Translations under genes and position numbers: made by a program
Notes under the pieces: model-generated
What the model was told of the DNA's origin: nothing
What the model saw: only the letters and a program-made list of their open reading frames with translations
Databases searched by the model: none
Origin: Promethearchaeota archaeon
GTDB taxonomy: Archaea > Asgardarchaeota > Lokiarchaeia > Sigyniarchaeales > SOKP01
Reading direction: 5' to 3'
DNA: 32,000 nucleotides
Assembly (NCBI GenBank): GCA_030606485.1
Contig: JAUWGH010000002.1
Location: 90,001 to 122,000 of the forward strand
Shown: in pieces, positions 1-8,645 of the stretch
How positions within the stretch are numbered: position 1 is the first letter of the stretch
Layout: each line of letters begins with the position of its first letter

Positions 1-1
1 T

Positions 2-979
2 CCTTTTTTGAATGATGAAACTAAGTTATTTAAACTATTAGAAAATGTAGAAATTTCGGGTCAGGGAAATTTAGTTGAAGGGATTAAATTTGCGATACAA
101 ATCCTTGTTCAAGAAATGAGGAAAATCGGTGGTAAAGTTCAAAGAATATATATCATAACTGATGGAAATGTTGAAGATGTTAAACCTGATCTTGACAAAA
201 TGGTTGATATTGCACAAGGGTTAGGGATTTTTATTGATATATGTCAAATTGGTAAGAGTCTGCATTATCAAGAAAATTATCTTAAAACAATAGCTCAAAA
301 GACAAATGGTGAATTTGGTTATTTTAATAATTCGAAGGCATTAATGAGTGCAGGTAAAGCATTTGCATCAAAGAAAAATTTAAAGAAAACATCAGATTAT
401 TTTTCTTCCAATAAATCTGAAGACCACCATCCACCGTTAGTGAATGATATTGCAGTAGAATTAAGACGTCCTACGGTATCCGAAATTAAAGCAATGATGG
501 GAGGAAAAGGTCAGGAAAAATGTCAAATTTGCCATTCAATTAAAAACCCTCTCAATGGCGCTGATTTTTTTGCCAGTGGTCGCTATTGCCCTTCTTGTGG
601 CCGACCATACCATCTACATTGCGCTGCTCTTTGGGCAAAGAAGTCAGAATATTCAATTTCCATTTTTCGATGCCCCTTCTGTTATTTTTTATTGAGAGTA
701 CCTCAATCAATTATGAAAATGGTTAGTTCTATTTCAACAGAAAAAATTGGTATTAAAATTATTGATCAATCAGATAAAAAATCAACACGAATGATTAAAA
801 TACTTCCAAATAAAATCACTGAGATAGATGAGTCCTGTTCGCAATGCAGAAATATTTTTTTAGGACAATATGATGTTTACCGTTGCGAGAATTGTGGTGC
901 ATATTATCACGAACCATGCTTAAAGAAGATGTATAATGAAACTAAATCATGTAGAAACTGTGGTTCAATAATAATGTAA
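2..979 (+). CDS. vWA-domain protein with two C-terminal C4HC3 (PHD/RING-like) zinc fingers; 5' partial
   Basis: The frame is open to the window edge (CCT TTT TTG...). vWA C-terminal half: GNLVEGIKFAIQIL ... RIYIITDG ... IFIDICQIG ... LKTIAQKTNGEF. Two fingers follow: C-x2-C-x18-C-x2-C-x4-H-x2-C-x16-C-x2-C and C-x2-C-x12-C-x2-C-x4-H-x2-C-x10-C-x2-C. Confidence 0.75.
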   Translation, partial: PFLNDETKLFKLLENVEISGQGNLVEGIKFAIQILVQEMRKIGGKVQRIYIITDGNVEDVKPDLDKMVDIAQGLGIFIDICQIGKSLHYQENYLKTIAQKTNGEFGYFNNSKALMSAGKAFASKKNLKKTSDYFSSNKSEDHHPPLVNDIAVELRRPTVSEIKAMMGGKGQEKCQICHSIKNPLNGADFFASGRYCPSCGRPYHLHCAALWAKKSEYSISIFRCPFCYFLLRVPQSIMKMVSSISTEKIGIKIIDQSDKKSTRMIKILPNKITEIDESCSQCRNIFLGQYDVYRCENCGAYYHEPCLKKMYNETKSCRNCGSIIM

Positions 980-1082
980 AGCATCATATAAATTCGAATA
1001 AATTTAACTGCAAATTTCTTTTTTAATTATATTTAATGTTAAGATGAGTAAGATTAAATTATAACATTTATTTAGATTAATA

Positions 1083-2546
1083 ATGACTGGGAAATTAATT
1101 GGCCGAAAAGATGGGAAAATTGCGATTTCACCGACAGTAAGAGGATTGTGGCCAATTTTTTTATCATATAGTATTATTGCCCTTACAATGGCTGCTTTTG
1201 TTTTAAATATGATAAATTTCTCCAAAATTATGTGGCCTAATGATGAATTCCATGCATTTGAAATGGGTTTAATCATATCAGTAAAATTTTTATCAATGGC
1301 TTTTTCAGGTATGATTATTGGACATCTCACAGACCTTTTTTCGAGAAAGAATTTATTTCTTTTTATCTTAAGTCTAATTGGATTCGCTTATCTCTTAAAT
1401 GGTTTTGCACCAGAAGCTGAAGGAATAATTTCTTGGGCATGGTTTCTCATATGTAATATGATAGCGGGGTTTGGACTTGGAGGTATCCGTCCGATATTAT
1501 TGAGCTACACTAACGATAATTTAGAAAAAGAGAATCGCTCCCAATTTTTTGGAATTTTTCATTCAATAGCCCAGATTTCATTAGTTATTGGTATGATTAT
1601 TTCATCATCCTTAATTTACGCAGGATACTGGAAAATTTATTATTGGAGTGTAGGTATAATGGTCATTTTAAGCACATTCATAATTGGTTTAAAAATCAAA
1701 GAACCCAAAAGAGCATTTCGATCTTTAGGTGTATTAACAGAAGTACTTGAAGATAAGAGCATTACATATAATTACCGTTTAACAAAAAAAACAGTTAAAT
1801 CAACGATTTTAAGGACAACTAATATTGTTGCCTTTATTGAAGGTATATTTACCTGTGTCTTATTAGGTACACTAAATTTTTTAATATTACCATATCTACA
1901 AACACCTCCATTAAATATTAGTTCAGTTTCTACTGCATTCATTGTAGTATTGTTTGGTATGCCTGGCGCATTCCTAGGTTCATTAGGTTTTGCAAAAAAA
2001 TCAGATAAATGGGGTAAAAAAAATATCCAAATCCGCCTTGATCTGATTGCTTTTTCAATAATATGGCTTGCTATTGCTCAATTATTTATTTTTTTAGTAC
2101 CTTTTGGGGATTCAGGATTTACTGAAGATCAAGGCAATAATTTCATTTTTTTATTATCGTTCCCTCAATTTTGGCTTACTGGGGTTCTCTGGTTTTCCAT
2201 CAGCTCAGTTCGAGCAATATATCAAATTAATCAACCACCAATTCTACAAGCAATTAATCTACCAGAGGCTCAAGGGAGAGTTTCTTCTTGGAATCAATTT
2301 TTAGAAACATTAGGACAAGGAACTGGACCTTTAATTGCAGGAGCTGTGCTTTCAGCAAGCGGACAGAATTATATTTTAGCATCCTTAGTTATTACTTTTA
2401 TTGGTATTCCAGGAGCAATTTTATGGATTTACGCTAAGCGAAAAATAAATGGAGATATTGAAAATATAGAAAATATCCTCGCAAAAAGAGCTGTAGAACT
2501 AAAAAATAATAATAAAATAAAAGTTGCTCCCAACGAAAAAGTTTAA
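1083..2546 (+). CDS. Major facilitator superfamily transporter
   Basis: About 12 hydrophobic segments in 487 aa. MFS motif A-like GHLTDLFSRK, its second-half counterpart AKKSDKWGKK, and a central hydrophilic loop. Confidence 0.85.
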   Translation: MTGKLIGRKDGKIAISPTVRGLWPIFLSYSIIALTMAAFVLNMINFSKIMWPNDEFHAFEMGLIISVKFLSMAFSGMIIGHLTDLFSRKNLFLFILSLIGFAYLLNGFAPEAEGIISWAWFLICNMIAGFGLGGIRPILLSYTNDNLEKENRSQFFGIFHSIAQISLVIGMIISSSLIYAGYWKIYYWSVGIMVILSTFIIGLKIKEPKRAFRSLGVLTEVLEDKSITYNYRLTKKTVKSTILRTTNIVAFIEGIFTCVLLGTLNFLILPYLQTPPLNISSVSTAFIVVLFGMPGAFLGSLGFAKKSDKWGKKNIQIRLDLIAFSIIWLAIAQLFIFLVPFGDSGFTEDQGNNFIFLLSFPQFWLTGVLWFSISSVRAIYQINQPPILQAINLPEAQGRVSSWNQFLETLGQGTGPLIAGAVLSASGQNYILASLVITFIGIPGAILWIYAKRKINGDIENIENILAKRAVELKNNNKIKVAPNEKV

Positions 2547-2719
2547 GAAAGAAAAAGAGATCGATAATCAATTTATTTTTAAAAAAAAAATAATGACTTT
2601 CTGAATTTATTTAATTTTGAATATTCTATTATTAAATAAATCATAAACTTCATATTTTTATTAATTTTATTTATCTTGTTGTTATTCTTACTGCTAATTA
2701 ATTGAAGGTGATCGCTAAA

Positions 2720-4810
2720 TTGAAAAACACTGATAAAAAAGAAAAATGGGTCTGTACTGCCGCATGGCCATACGTTAATGCTATTCCGCATTTAGGAAAT
2801 ATGATTGGAAGTGTTCTCTCTGCTGACATTTTTGCAAGATATTTAAGATTAAAGGGTGCAGAAGTTGTATTTGTATCTGGTAGTGATATGCATGGAAGTC
2901 CTGCTATTGTGGCAGCAAAAAAAATAAACACAACTCCTGAAAAATTAGCAATAAAAAATCACAATTTAATTAAAGATCTTCTTGAAAAATGGCAAATCTC
3001 TTTTGACAATTATACAGACACACATAACCCAATACATATGAAATTCGTTCAAGATTTTTACCTTGAAATTCAAAAAAATGGGTATATCTTTGAGAAAGAA
3101 ACAGATGAATTTTATTGTGAAAATGATAATTTGTTCTTACCCGACCGATTTATTGTTGGAACATGTCCTCATTGCGGATTTGATGCTGCCCGAGGCGATC
3201 AGTGTGATTCACCGGATTGTGGGAAACTTTTAACACCTATAGAATTGATAGAACCTCGATGTAATATATGTGGACAAAAACCAATAATAAAAAAAACAAA
3301 ACATTGGTATTTGGATCTTCCAAAATTAGAGAAAGAATTGGAGAAATTTATTATTGAAAATAAAATAATACCTGCAAATGCCCGAACATCATGCCTTAAT
3401 TCAATTAAGAGAGGTATACCACAGAGAGCAATTACTCGTGATTTAGAATGGGGAATTCCCGCGCCATTTAAAGGAGCAGAAGAAAAAACGATATATGTCT
3501 GGTTCGAAGCTGTATTAGGATATATCTCTGCAGTCAAAGAATGGGCAGAAAAAATAGTTGGAGATAAATCAAAATTTGAATATTTTTGGAATGATAAAAA
3601 CACTCGTTCTGTTTATTTCATCGCGAAAGATAATATTATTTTTCATTTATTGATATTTCCCGGTTTAATTATGGCATATAATAAAAATAAACCCGAAAAT
3701 GAGAAATTTGAACTTCCTTATAATGTTTCATCAACTGAATTTTTAATGTTTGAGAATGATAAATTTTCAAAATCTAGAAACATAGGAATTTGGATTGATG
3801 AGGCTTTAGAACTAGCACCTGTAGATTATTGGCGATTTAATTTAATTTTTAATCGTCCAGAGAAGAGCGATACTTCATTTTTATGGTCAGAATTTCAAAA
3901 TAATATTAATATTTTAAATGATAATTTAGGTAATTTTATACATCGGACGTTTACCTTCATTTATAGATATTTTGAGGGAATAGTTCCTCCACGAATGAAA
4001 ACAGATAACTTAGATAAAGAATTTCTTTCAAAAATCGAAAACATTGGTAAAGTTGTTGGAAATTTAATTGATCAGTTTGAGTTAAAAAAGGCATTAAAAG
4101 AAATAATATCGTGTTCTAGAGAAGCAAATATTTATTTAAGTGAAAAGGAACCTTGGCATTTAATTAAAGAAGAAAAAAATAAAGCAGGACACGTTTTAAA
4201 TATATGTATTCAATTTGTTCATAGCTTATCTATTTTATTAGAACCATTTATTCCTCTATCATCTAAAAAAATTGAAGTTTTCTTAAATTTTGAGGAAGAA
4301 AGAGAACTTACTAGATGGTCTCAAATTTCCTCTAATGCTATTAATGCCGGCCATAAAATTAAAAAACCAGAACCAATATTTCAAAAACTTGAAATAAAAG
4401 AATTACAAAATAAATTTAAAGAAATTCTTGGTCAAAAAGGAGGAAGAAAGGAATTGGTAAAAGAATCTAAAAAAACCTCCCTAATCACTTATGAAGATTT
4501 TAAAAAATTAAAGATACACACCGCCAAGATAATTGAAGCAGAATCAATTAAAAATGCGGAAAAATTATTAAAATTAAAAATCGATTTGGGATTTGAACAA
4601 AGAACGCTAGTTGCTGGAATAGCTCAGATCTACAAACCAGAAGAACTTATCGGAAAAAAAATTATTGTATTAACTAATTTACAAGCTAAAAAAATGAAAG
4701 GAATTTTATCTCAAGGAATGCTTTTAGCCGCTGTTGATGAAGACGATAATATATCTCTCTTAACTATTGACGAAAAAAAAGATATAAAATTGGGAGCAAA
4801 AATTGAATGA
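2720..4810 (+). CDS. metG: Methionyl-tRNA synthetase with C-terminal tRNA-binding (Trbp111/EMAPII-like) domain
   Basis: AWPYVNAIPHLGN (HIGH), SGSDMHG, zinc knuckles CPHC...DQCDSPDCG, YVWFEA, KFSKS (KMSKS) and a C-terminal OB domain (LVAGIAQIYKPEELIGKKIIVLTNL...SQGMLLAA). The start is moved from 2702 to the in-frame TTG at 2720 because AGGTGA (2706-2711) lies 8 nt upstream of it. Confidence 0.97.
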   Translation: MKNTDKKEKWVCTAAWPYVNAIPHLGNMIGSVLSADIFARYLRLKGAEVVFVSGSDMHGSPAIVAAKKINTTPEKLAIKNHNLIKDLLEKWQISFDNYTDTHNPIHMKFVQDFYLEIQKNGYIFEKETDEFYCENDNLFLPDRFIVGTCPHCGFDAARGDQCDSPDCGKLLTPIELIEPRCNICGQKPIIKKTKHWYLDLPKLEKELEKFIIENKIIPANARTSCLNSIKRGIPQRAITRDLEWGIPAPFKGAEEKTIYVWFEAVLGYISAVKEWAEKIVGDKSKFEYFWNDKNTRSVYFIAKDNIIFHLLIFPGLIMAYNKNKPENEKFELPYNVSSTEFLMFENDKFSKSRNIGIWIDEALELAPVDYWRFNLIFNRPEKSDTSFLWSEFQNNINILNDNLGNFIHRTFTFIYRYFEGIVPPRMKTDNLDKEFLSKIENIGKVVGNLIDQFELKKALKEIISCSREANIYLSEKEPWHLIKEEKNKAGHVLNICIQFVHSLSILLEPFIPLSSKKIEVFLNFEEERELTRWSQISSNAINAGHKIKKPEPIFQKLEIKELQNKFKEILGQKGGRKELVKESKKTSLITYEDFKKLKIHTAKIIEAESIKNAEKLLKLKIDLGFEQRTLVAGIAQIYKPEELIGKKIIVLTNLQAKKMKGILSQGMLLAAVDEDDNISLLTIDEKKDIKLGAKIE

Positions 4811-4823
4811 CTTCTATTTTAAT

Positions 4824-6068
4824 CTAAATTTTTAATATAAAATCAGGATCCAATCTTGCAACAATATGTCCCAAATCCAGTTGTAAAGTTTTAAGTATCA
4901 CACTTCGATCCCGATAAATGAATTGCATTTCGCGAGGATTTCTGAAAATCTTTTTGGCTCCAACTTTAGATTTTAGACTGCACAGAAAATATCTATTAGT
5001 TCCAATTTCTATTACCTTTTCCACATTTTCGATATCAGGGAATGCATATCCTGCACCATGAGGTAATATATTTGCATCTAATAAAATATCTATTAAATCA
5101 AATTTCTGTGCTCGTTCTAGAAAATTAAGATTTTTAATAACTGTATAAGATAAATTTGGTTTTCCTTCGAAAATATATGCTGGCATATCTGCCCTAATAC
5201 AAATTGGAAATAAATTTGACTGGGTATTTATATTCTTTGAAAGATCTGTACAATGACAACCTAAATAGATATTATTATAATCAGCTAAGAATTGATGGGA
5301 TTTATTAGATATGATTTCGAACTCATCAAATATTTTACTTCCAAAATATTCCCTTTTTTTTTCAGCAAAATGAATTGCGTAATTATGAAAATCTAAATAT
5401 TCCTTTGCTAAATTATCTTGTATTATATACTGATTCCCAAATGGTGTTTCAACAAGAGTTGCCTGTTGTTTTAATGTCTTAGATTTATCAATATATAATC
5501 CTAAACCATAGTGATCATCGCGAAATTCAGATACAGAACCATGAATAACAAACATAAACGGAGGAAAGTCAACATCTGATAAATTTTTTGTTTGATAAAT
5601 ATCAATAAAATGATTTCCTACAGAATAATCCCACTTGAGTTTAACATCTTCTAAATATAATTCCTCATTTTGAATATCTTCAATTCTTTTAATTATTTCA
5701 GAGGGGTTTGGTCTTTCATATAAACCTCCAACTAATAATCCACAACCATTGGGTTTTGTATTTAAAAAAATAAATCTATCTTGACCATTTCCCCAACTAA
5801 GTCGTCCTCCATAACTAACTCCAGAATTCCATCGAAATATATTTCTTGAAATTGTTTCGTCTGGAGTTGAAATAAATAATGCTTTTGGGTTTAAACCAAA
5901 TTTTTGTTGTATATAGTGAAACTGAGCAAGACCATATGCCATATTTTTTTTACTTAGCTGACTTGTTCCATCATTTAGTCCGGTAGAAAAAATAAATTTT
6001 TTCGCTCTTTCGAGAATATCCTTTTTACTCAAATTGGAAAAATTTTCAGATAAATCCAGCATATTCAT
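4824..6068 (-). CDS. Divergent RtcB-family RNA ligase (tRNA-splicing/repair ligase-like)
   Basis: RtcB motifs in the expected order: PD (D70), YGG, NGCG (C109), GNHF (N152/H153), IHGS (H176), EYL..A..FA..KR helix, SHQ (H258), PHGAG (H337, the guanylylated His position), and C-terminal VARL.P....K. Confidence 0.8.
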   Translation of the reverse strand: MNMLDLSENFSNLSKKDILERAKKFIFSTGLNDGTSQLSKKNMAYGLAQFHYIQQKFGLNPKALFISTPDETISRNIFRWNSGVSYGGRLSWGNGQDRFIFLNTKPNGCGLLVGGLYERPNPSEIIKRIEDIQNEELYLEDVKLKWDYSVGNHFIDIYQTKNLSDVDFPPFMFVIHGSVSEFRDDHYGLGLYIDKSKTLKQQATLVETPFGNQYIIQDNLAKEYLDFHNYAIHFAEKKREYFGSKIFDEFEIISNKSHQFLADYNNIYLGCHCTDLSKNINTQSNLFPICIRADMPAYIFEGKPNLSYTVIKNLNFLERAQKFDLIDILLDANILPHGAGYAFPDIENVEKVIEIGTNRYFLCSLKSKVGAKKIFRNPREMQFIYRDRSVILKTLQLDLGHIVARLDPDFILKI

Positions 6069-6319
6069 AAGTCAGACAAAAACAAGATAAAAATATGACT
6101 ATATAAAAATTTTGATAAATCTATTTCCAAAAAATTAAATCTTCCTTATTTAATTCTCTCAATTTCCGATTAAAAATTCATTTCTTTAGAAAGTATTTAA
6201 GGAAATAAATACATTTCATAAATTCATTTAAATGTTCGCAATATAATTAAATGTAAAAAAATAAATAAGTGTAGAATACTTCTTTTTTAGAAGAACATTT
6301 AGAATTTGTTTGACATTTA

Positions 6320-6925
6320 ATGAAGTTTATAGAACCCTCCTTTGAAATTGATAATAAAGGTAGAACAATGTGTAAAAATCATTCATATTATCAATTTTTT
6401 AAAATTCCACATAAAACTATATATGAAGAAAAGCAGCTTGAGAAGATATTAACTTGTAAGGCTTGTGAACATTATTACAATAATGATTGTTATTTTCCAA
6501 GTAGAGAAATTGATTTAATTGAAAGAGATCGGCAGAGAGAAAGAATTAAATGTGTATTATGTGGGAATAGAATTCATAGACTCTTAACAATCGTTCAAAG
6601 CCTTTATTATGAAGCAAAATTTAATGTTAAAGTACCTCTTATTTGCTGTGATTGTCATTTAAGTTTGAATGATCAATCATTTATGCAGAGAACAAAGTTG
6701 CGCCTGGTGGGGTTTGTAATAAGTTTTTTAATATCTCTTTATCTCATTTTCTATTTTTTTCTCGCGATTTTAGCAGTAAAAGTGTTTATCATAATTGGTT
6801 TAATTTTTCTGATATTCTGGTTTTCAATGAGCATGAAAGATATTAAGAAAATACTTTATCTCAGAGAAGGGAGAAAATATTATCAGAAATTCATTTCTCA
6901 AAGTAATGTTGATGAAGACTCCTAA
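6320..6925 (+). CDS. Hypothetical membrane protein with Cys/His-rich N-terminal domain and two C-terminal TM helices
   Basis: CKNH, CKACEH..C, CVLCG and CCDC clusters followed by two long hydrophobic segments. ATG start and normal codon usage. Confidence 0.7.
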   Translation: MKFIEPSFEIDNKGRTMCKNHSYYQFFKIPHKTIYEEKQLEKILTCKACEHYYNNDCYFPSREIDLIERDRQRERIKCVLCGNRIHRLLTIVQSLYYEAKFNVKVPLICCDCHLSLNDQSFMQRTKLRLVGFVISFLISLYLIFYFFLAILAVKVFIIIGLIFLIFWFSMSMKDIKKILYLREGRKYYQKFISQSNVDEDS

Positions 6926-7054
6926 TTTGAAACCATTAAAAAATATGAATAAAAGAAAACATTCCAAATGATTTCATATTTATAAATACATGGTATAATA
7001 TTTGAAGTAAAAGAAATCAAATTTTAATTTGATAGAAGGATTTTTTTAATTGAA

Positions 7055-8209
7055 GTGAATCTAATGATTGAAGAAGAAAATGTTTATAGGCAATTACAAC
7101 AGCGTTTAGATGATTTACCAGTAGGTTTTCCATCAACTAAAACTGGTGTTGAAATCAATTTATTAAAGATATTATTCACACCAGAAGAGGCTAAAATTGC
7201 GATTAAACTAAACTTTATGCCAGAACCCCTTAAAAAAATTCATCGTCGCATTAAAAAAATGGGAATGTCTATTAATGAACTGGAAAAAATTTTGGATAGT
7301 ATGGTAAAAAAAGGAATAATTTTAGGAGGAGATATTTTCAAGAGTAAAAGAAAAGGAATGACTTATGGTAATTCGATATATGCTCCTGGAATTTTTGACT
7401 TTCAATTAAAAAAACTCACTAAGGAGTTAGTAGAAAACCATTATAAGTATATAGATGAAGTTCTTTCACATGAACTCATTGATAAAAATGTTCCTTCCAT
7501 GTTAAGAACTATCCCTGTAGAAGAAAGCTTAACTCCTGAACATCACGTTGGTTCTTATGATAACATTAGAAATATAATAGAAAACTCAGATGGGCCATTT
7601 GCAGTTATGGATTGTATCTGTAGAAAAAGTGCGGCTATTATGGGAAATCCATGTAAGAAAACTAATCTCCTTGAAACCTGTATTTCAATGGAAGAGGGTG
7701 CTATAAAGACGCTCTATTTTGGTAACTCTCGAGAAATTGATAAACAAGAAGCAAAAGAAATTTTAAATAAAGCACAAGAGGAAGGATTAATTCTCCAACC
7801 GACTAACTGTCAAAAACCATTATCCATCTGCGCTTGCTGTGGCGATTGTTGCCATTTCCTAACAGCTGTAAAAAAACTTCCGCGACCTCTAGACTATTTT
7901 GCTACTAACTATTATTCAGAAGTTGACGAAAAGTTATGTGTAGGGTGTGGGACTTGCGTCGAGAATTGCCAAATGGAGGCTCTTACGCTGGTGGACAATG
8001 TTTCTCACGTGAATTTGGATTTTTGCATTGGATGTGGTAACTGTGTATCGAGATGCACTTCTAATGCGATTCATCTTGTTAAGAAATCCAAAGAACTCGT
8101 ACCTCCAAAAGACTTTAAAAAATTATTTATAAAAATCCTAATAAAGAAAAAAGGATTCATAGGAACCTTGAAAATGCTCGGACGAATGATAGTGGGTATG
8201 CGAATTTAA
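7055..8209 (+). CDS. 4Fe-4S dicluster (ferredoxin-like) domain protein with N-terminal helical/winged-HTH-like region
   Basis: CVGCGTCVENC and CIGCGNCVSRC (two 4Fe-4S motifs), plus CICR, C..C and ICACCGDCC clusters. N-terminal LFTPEEAKIAIKL motif typical of this family. The true start may be the ATG at 7064. Confidence 0.85.
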   Translation: MNLMIEEENVYRQLQQRLDDLPVGFPSTKTGVEINLLKILFTPEEAKIAIKLNFMPEPLKKIHRRIKKMGMSINELEKILDSMVKKGIILGGDIFKSKRKGMTYGNSIYAPGIFDFQLKKLTKELVENHYKYIDEVLSHELIDKNVPSMLRTIPVEESLTPEHHVGSYDNIRNIIENSDGPFAVMDCICRKSAAIMGNPCKKTNLLETCISMEEGAIKTLYFGNSREIDKQEAKEILNKAQEEGLILQPTNCQKPLSICACCGDCCHFLTAVKKLPRPLDYFATNYYSEVDEKLCVGCGTCVENCQMEALTLVDNVSHVNLDFCIGCGNCVSRCTSNAIHLVKKSKELVPPKDFKKLFIKILIKKKGFIGTLKMLGRMIVGMRI

Positions 8210-8270
8210 ATAAAATTATCTTAGTTTACTTAACCTTTTTTTTAAAATAATCAGTTTTTCTGATCGGTTT

Positions 8271-8624
8271 TTAATCTCTATCAAGCAAAACGAATTCAGA
8301 AACTCTATTCACATAATATGGCTCCTGTGATTTGTCAATCATTCCTTTTACACTAACCTTACTGCCAATAAACCGTCTAGGATTAACGATTCCTGTTTTT
8401 ACCATTTCACCTGTATTTTTATTTATAAAATAAATAACGGATTTTTTGAAATCTTGTATCCCCATTGCTAGATCAGATAGATATATTTTAATTTTTATTC
8501 CATTTTTCTGTTGTAGCATAATATGATGATAACCAGATTTTGGAGATCTCTTGAAATCCCTATATAATTGACTTTCACTAACATTAACAATAATTCCAAT
8601 TATTTCTTCTTCTTTTTTACTCAT
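8271..8624 (-). CDS. Hypothetical protein, possible OB-fold
   Basis: 117 aa, 21 bp downstream of purD on the same strand. The beta-strand pattern IIGIIVNV...HIMLQQKNG.IKIY...IGSKVSVKG resembles OB-fold nucleic-acid-binding domains. Confidence 0.6.
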   Translation of the reverse strand: MSKKEEEIIGIIVNVSESQLYRDFKRSPKSGYHHIMLQQKNGIKIKIYLSDLAMGIQDFKKSVIYFINKNTGEMVKTGIVNPRRFIGSKVSVKGMIDKSQEPYYVNRVSEFVLLDRD

Positions 8625-8645
8625 TTTAATCGCTATCTATAATTA

